Below, piece by piece: positions 57,501 to 64,000 of a stretch of DNA of 64,000 nt. The stretch covers positions 9,259,865 through 9,323,864 of the forward strand of contig CAJINV010000001.1 in assembly GCA_905178155.1 (NCBI GenBank). Reading direction: 5' to 3'. The position numbers and the translations under genes are program-made. This stretch comes from Amoebophrya sp. A120 (taxonomy: Eukaryota > Protista > Dinoflagellata). The notes beneath the pieces are model-generated. The model searched no databases and had not been told where the DNA came from. It saw only the letters and a program-made list of their open reading frames with translations. Positions within the stretch are counted from its first letter, which is position 1. Each line of letters starts with the position of its first letter.

Positions 57501-60500
57501 GACGACGGCGCTCTCAGTACGGGAACCACGACGGCCAGGCTGAGAAGCCCGTCCGAGGACGTCGCGGATGTGCCGTTTTTCCGCCTAGAAGTTGGCAAAG
57601 AGTTTAGTAGCTTGCGCCCGTGGACCCGGAACCGCCCGTTCCGCTTCCTCGTCAACAAGAGGTTGCCCGCAGGGTTGCAATTCTGCCAGCTGACAGGGGT
57701 GCTCTCCGGTAGTCCGCGGGCGACATGTGCCAAGGAGCGATTTTCGATTCGCTGCGACAACCACTTCGGCAACGCGGTGTGCTACATCGACATTGAGTGT
57801 GTGAGAGAGGTGCCGGCGGTGCTGGGTTACCACCGATCGCAGCTGATGGGGTATCAGAAAGAGCAGGGGAATCGCCCACTGGCTGTGGTCAGTCACTTGA
57901 ACCGCTTGAACCGCGGCCTGGCGAAAAATCCGAACGACTACACGACACAGATTCACATTCAACAGGGCCTGCACTACGACACTGGACCGCTTGTTGTGAA
58001 AGGCGAGCACAATTACCCGAAGGCGTTCCACCTCAGCGGCGCCTTGCCGCACGGGCTCTGCTTCGATTCCATGAACGGGCGGATATGTGGGCTGGTTCTG
58101 ATACAAGGTGTTCACGTGCGGGAGTACCGGTACACAATCAGTATCGGCGACCTAGGCATCTGCGTCGATTTGTCACTGGTGTTATCCCCGAGCGACACGC
58201 ACGTGTATAGCATGCAGGACAGCGCACCGACTCCACCGACGAAACAACAAAAAAGTTCTTCATCTGCAGGCCCGGGAAACAGAAATGCGACAACCTCCCA
58301 CCAGGAAGCTGTTGATAAGAGCACGACGGACAACGAAGCCAGTAGCACGGCAGGCGAAAGCGGCGTCGCTTCTTCGTCTGCGACGGAAGCGCCACTTGTG
58401 GGCGGGGGTGCCTTCGTGGAGCAAAGCACGCCGACCGCAGCTACATACTCGGGAACTGCGATGAATGCTTTGTCACCCGAAACACCGGGTGACCTTTCCG
58501 GGGGCGAGAGCAGCAGTGTCCAAACCCCGGTAGAGGCGTCGCGCAGAGCGATCTCTCTGGACTCGCCCACCGTGTTGACGGGCCCGCCGCCGCCGACAGT
58601 GCTTTTCTTCGATCAGAACAAGGATGCGGGGCCGATCGTCCCCCCAAGCTTCACGTACCCACAGGGTACGCCCAGCTTGGTATGGCGGACCGCAACCTTC
58701 AAGTGGGGCATGGATCGCCTCGAGAGCACCGGTGTGCCGGATTTGTACACGAAACACCCGGGCGCGTACGTGTACACGTTAGAAAACGCGCACAACCTGC
58801 CTGCCGGCATGTTTTTGGACCCGCAAACTGGGCAAGTTGGCGGGAGAATCCCCCGTGGCTTCAGCGGGAAGCGGACGGGAAGTATCAAGGTCACCGCCAT
58901 TTCGAAGGAAGTTATCCAGTCCGACAGTGTCAGCAAAGCGGGCGGACTCGAGATTTCGCAGTACAAAACCACTTCGACCGTGGAATACGAAGTGGTCGAA
59001 CTGTTGCCGCTGGGAAAGGTGGAGTACGGCGGAAGCAGCTCCTCGTCGCGAAATCCAAACGAGAATGGGAAAAATAACCTGCCAGTTACGAGCTTTGAGT
59101 TTCAGGTCGGAAAGGAGGCCCACATTGCGCCGCCTGTGATTGCGGGGAACAATCCGCTGTCGATGAAGAACCTTTTTCTGCTGCTGGATGGCGCGGGCTC
59201 GCAGCTGCTGGAGAGCTCCGGTGAGGGGATGGGGGCCTGGAAGAAGCGCAACGAGCAAATGATCGGGCGGCTAAGCGAGTTTGGTCTGAGCTTTAGCTCC
59301 TCGCGAGGATCTTTCATCGGGACGCCCAGCCGCCCGGGTGATCTCCGGGACTTCCGCGTTGTGGTTCGTAATCACCTGGGGCAGGTCACGCAATCGAGCG
59401 CACTGTCCATTAAAATCAGCACCGAGAAGTCCATCGCGCGTCTGTCTTACCTTGGGGTCAACGCTGCATCGCGGGATTCCGGAATGGACCCACCAGCCAC
59501 TTCTCGTCTCAGTGGCGTAAGCCAGATTTCGACGGGCAAGAGAAAACTGCTTCCCCCGCCGGCAGACGAGAAGCAACCCCCAGTTGCAGCTACCGGGCCG
59601 CGCCTTGCCATTTCATCTGGTCCTGCTGGAGAGGCCCCCTTCGCGGCTTCGAGCGCCGCGGGACAGACGACGGTAGCATCTCCGGCAACAACGAACGCAG
59701 CCGTCAGCGCCGTCGCGTCCGCAGTCGGTTCCGACAACACCGCGCAGTCCAGTGCGGGCGTCGCAGCCAGCAGGCCCGTCCGGATCCCGGGCCCGCTAGC
59801 GGACGAGCCCGCAGACGACCACGAATTCGCGTCGAGAATCCCTTCACGCGACAACGACGTCGGTCTTCTCGAAGATTTCACGGACACGCACGTCACGCAT
59901 CCTTTGCTCGAGACGCGCGACGAGGGAATTTTTTCCGCTTCTAAGGTGTACGTTTTCACGTTCCGGGTCGGCGAGCTCTCGTCCACGGGGCCGATTGTGG
60001 TGGAGGGCCTGCAGCAGGGACGGGATGTGCTGTACGATATCGACCGGTACGACACACTCGAGGAGCTCTGCCTCAGTTTCGACTGCACCACGGGGAACAT
60101 TGGCGGCATGATTCCTTTGAGCGCGAGAACCGCCCGTACCACCGGGGCGCGCTTCCAGATTACGGCGAGCAGCATTGCGTTCGCTTCCACCGCGTCGCAC
60201 GGGGAACCAGACACCTGGGGCTCCGGGTCCTCGGCCCGAGATCACGCGGCGCGGCAGCAGCGGATTGTGGTAGAAAAGCAGACCATCGACGTGGAAATCA
60301 AGATTCTTCCCCGCCCAGCCCCGGCGCCCGTGCGGTATCCGGCGTGCAAGGCGATCCAATTGCAGCAAGGCAGCGCGATCGGTAGTTTGATGTCAACGTC
60401 GGCCGGGCAAAGCCAAGGCGGGGCGGTCCGATTCGAATACAGGCTTTTGGTGGGTGCGAACATATTTCTCGCACCGCTCGGGTCCGGACTAGAACAACAG

Positions 60501-63500
60501 CGAACACCTGGGAGCGCCGGCGCAGCCTTGCTAGCGCTCGAGCGCAGCGCTGAGGGATACGGCGAACGCCCGGATTTGGCGAATGTGGAATTTTCGATTC
60601 AGCCGACGACTTTGCCCGAGGGTTTGGTGTTCGACGGCGGCAACGGGGTAATTTTCGGCATCCCGGTGATGACCGAAACGAGCCCACGGTATCAGGAGTA
60701 CACCGTGCGTGCAAAGAATGCGTTCGGAAGCAGCGAGATGATTCTGCGGCTCGTGTTCATCGAGCCCACTTGCAGCCGGCTGCGACTCGAGTACCCGATT
60801 GGGCAAAATTTGCAGTTTTGCGTCGGAGAGCGGGGACAAAGCAAGAAGCCGAAGCTCATGATGCCGGGCGGACGGGACCCGCACAGTGCCTTGCGCGTGG
60901 TTCGGTACGAACTGATGCCGGGGCAGAAACTCCCTCCCGGCCTGATGTTTGACACGCGAACCGCGGAGTTTGTGTCCTTCATGCTTCACAGCGAGCACGG
61001 CGCCGAGAATGGGCCGGAAAGCAAGGACTTTCTCGAATACACCTTTGAAATCTCCGGTCTGATTCCCACTTGGAATGCTCGCGGGGTCAGCGACTGGATG
61101 GGCTACGGCTGCGTGTGGGACGGGGCGCAGCAAGCGGTGAAAAGGAACAGCGAAAGTGGAGGAGCAGATGACACTGTGTGGTCCACTGTTTCACTATCGA
61201 GGAGAGACATCGACCGCTTCTACAAGCGAGTTGTGCTGGATCCCGTCACGGTCAGAGTAAGTCTGATCGAGAAGCCACACAACCTGCGGTACGCAAGTCC
61301 GCACTACGCTGGAGTCTGGCTAAAGTTTTTTACATCGCAGCCGCCCCGGTGCCAAGGAGTCGGGCATCGTGTGAGCCACTCAGCGCCCTTGCAGTTCAGC
61401 ATCTCACCGAGCGAGCTGCCTTTTGGCTTACGCTTCGATGACAAGTCGGGCACCATTTACGGCGTGCCTGGCGCCGGCGGCCCGGGCGAGCAAATTCACT
61501 TTCCGTCCGCGGCAAAGCAGGGTTGGTTCGGCGGGGGAGCCAACACGAAGAATCTCCTTCCCGCCACCGACGAGAACGTGGCACAGCTCTTCTTGGAGGG
61601 TGTGGACCGCGAGTACACCATAACGGCCGCCAACAAATTCGGGAAGTCCAGCACGAAGCTGCGGCTGACCCTCGACGCCATCAAGATTCCAAAGAGCTTG
61701 AAGTTCAAGAACCCACACGGGTACACGACGTTCGTAAAGGTGCCGATCTTCAACTTCAGCACGGGGGAAGCGGTGTCCACCGACGTACCACAGCTCGAGG
61801 AGCGCCACCACTTCTTTTCCGAGGAGCTGCAACAGCACTTGGAGACCACGCGCGAGGGCATCGGGCGCAGCAACCGGCGCCGGATTCGCTTTGCGCTCAG
61901 CGCGGACACGGCGGACAATCTGCCGCCCGGGTTGCGCTTGGACCCAGACGTGGGGCACATCAGTGGCTACGTGCCGTACCTGCTTGCCGAGAAGTACCTG
62001 AACCGCGCGATCCCGTTGACCATCGAGGCGCGCAACTTCACGAAGAAGAACGTGGACGTCACGATCGAGATCCACATCAAGCGCGGCGAGAAGCCGGACG
62101 GTCTGTCTCTGGCGAACGCGAAGCAGCAAAACAAAAAATTGCAACTGAACGAGGCCGTTGCGCTGGCTTTGCCGCAATCCACCTACAGCGCGAAGCGGGA
62201 AGCCGACGACCGCTTCGTGCCGCCGCTGCCGTCCCCGCTGACTGCCGGCGGGCAGGACATTTCGGCCGAGGCTGCGGTGAATCTGCAACTCGACCTTCCG
62301 CCACAGCGGAGCCCATCGGGTAGTGCGTCCGTGTCGGCCGGGCGCGCGTCGCGGTCGAAATCCACTGCGGGGGGCGGTAGCAGCGTGGCCTCGTCTCCCG
62401 TCTTCGGGGACCAGGATCGGAGCAGCAGCGGGACGGGAAGCAAGTCGCGGGCATCGAAGCAGCAACCGCGCTACTCGTCGATTGGACAGCTGGCGGTGAT
62501 GCTGCGGAGCATGTCCGACGCAGAAGTGATGCATTCGATTATCCGAAACAAAGTGAAAGAGCCCCCTCCTGAAAGTTTCCTCTCCATCGGCGGCCGGTCT
62601 TTCCACCGGAAATGGATACTGAAGTTGCTCCAGGCCGCCGCTGCCCAGCAACAGCAGCAGCACCACGGGAGTGAGGTACGTCGAGACCACGCATTTGGGC
62701 GGTCGAAGGAGAGTACAGGAAATAGTGTGGCGGCTGATCCACATCTCGATGGCGCCGTCGCGCCCGCTGGTGCGGGGTCCGAAGACGGCTCGGTTTCCTT
62801 GCGGACGAACGACAAAAATACTGGCGATCTGCTTGGAAATTCCCGCAGTACGGTGGATTCGAAAGCAGTGCGGCAGACTCAAGGCAGTTTGTCTTTCACC
62901 AAGCAGTTTGGCTACATGCAGTTTCGTTGCGACTCCTACACTGTGACCCCAGCGCTCCCGCGGGGTTTAGAATTGGACGAGCAGACTGGCTGCATCTTTG
63001 GGGCGGCGAAAGAGCCCTTCAAGGACACCACGTTTGTCGTCAAGGGCTTCCACAAAGAGCTAAAACCCGATGGACAACCGGTTGCGGAAACCGCTCCGGG
63101 CGTTACGCTGTCCTGCGCGCAACCGGCGCCGCCAACAGACCTCGAGTACGAATCGGCGCGGGGGCATGAGAAGCCGACCTACTGGAAGTCTGCGACGACG
63201 TATCGGTTTCCGGCGCTCGTGGGGTCGTTCGTGGACACGGGGGCGCCGGTTATGAAATATCGGCTTCCGGACGTGCTGTACCGGCACCAGGTCCAACAAC
63301 GGCTCTTCGTTTCCGACACCGATTTTTATGCCGAGGCGATGCGTCGTCTCGACCAGGAGAGCGAGGAGAAGGAAAATCTCAGACAGCTAGCAAAAAGCGA
63401 GCGGCCTTCTCGCGCACGCACGCCGACCAACGCGGACACGCCCACTTCGCAATCACGCCCGCAGCTGGACTTCGAAGACTTTGTGTCGGGCGGGCCCGCG

Positions 63501-64000
63501 GCCGCAGTTCTGAACACGCCGCTGAAAGGCGGCGACAGCGCAATCGGTGCCCCGACGCCCGACAGCTTGATGCGGTTACGACGCTACCAGCGACCAAAAA
63601 TCCTGGGCATGGAGATGGACTTCTTCGATCCGCGTCTCTACCGCAACGCGTCCGGACTGGCGGACACGCAGCTCTTCGAGCAAACAGGGGCGCACTGTGT
63701 GGATGCCTCGGTGCTGCACGACGGCAGCTTCTTCAGCATTGACAAGGAGGCGGACCTGAATGCCCTTGGGCTCAGCTTCGACCACCGCACGGGGCGCATC
63801 GTCGGCTTCCTCGTCGCTTCTCCTGCGCTGTTGAGTCGAGTGGAGAGCGCAGCGGGCGCGGCGGGCAATCCGGCCGCAGCATCGGCCGGCGGTGCGGCCG
63901 CTGCGGCTGGTATGGTGGCGTTAACGTTCAAAGTGACCTTTCACGCGGGCGACGGCAACTACAAGGGAAACTTGGCAGAAAGCGGTATCTTCAGCGGTTC
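51533..64000 (+). CDS. Giant He_PIG (putative Ig) repeat protein, >4,100 aa, 3'-truncated by the window; intron 53498-53657
   Basis: ~20 LPxGLxFDxxxGxIxG-type motifs, many followed by NxWG/NxFG. Splice GTG|GTACTT...TTCAG|GAC. The frame starting at 53658 was spot-checked at 54150, 57216, 60612, 61416 and 62955 and appears open to the end of the window. Confidence 0.88.

Noticed and set aside
1219-62882. Long minus-strand ORFs (1219-2457, 18588-19778, 43128-44405, 47616-48923, 61428-62882 and others)
   Set aside because: They are antisense shadows of GC-rich + strand genes that carry clear motifs; the minus-strand proteins have no recognisable features.
1-64000. Dinoflagellate spliced-leader relics, tRNA/rRNA genes, autonomous transposase
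   Set aside because: None recognised by eye; covariance and profile searches would be needed to exclude them.

Overview
Eukaryotic, intron-containing, gene-dense DNA with GC-rich exons and AT-richer spacers. All ~20 supportable genes lie on the + strand. The overall style (unidirectional gene block, inverted-repeat non-canonical introns, a UGA-selenocysteine gene) suggests a dinoflagellate-lineage parasite such as Amoebophrya; this is an inference. Genes in order: carotenoid oxygenase; small secreted Cys-rich protein; RAD5-like SNF2/RING helicase; RNAi-type RNA-dependent RNA polymerase; tandem array of six uncharacterised paralogues with a possible dynein-light-chain-like C-terminal domain (one unrelated gene inside the array); Sen1-like SF1 helicase; GH18 glycosidase; an unknown gene; serine racemase/dehydratase; GHKL-ATPase protein; seleno-glutathione peroxidase; MPP10; RING/ankyrin multidomain protein; and a >4,100-aa He_PIG/Ig-repeat protein whose 10-kb exon is missing from the ORF track. 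Main result: five insertions inside coding sequence follow one rule (TAT...ATA termini, terminal inverted repeats, exact 5-bp target-site duplication, shared internal GCATNACAA-like motif). Removing the element plus one TSD restores the reading frame in every case, with no GT-AG register. Two of them are 251-bp sisters in opposite orientation, which points to orientation-independent, structure-guided removal.
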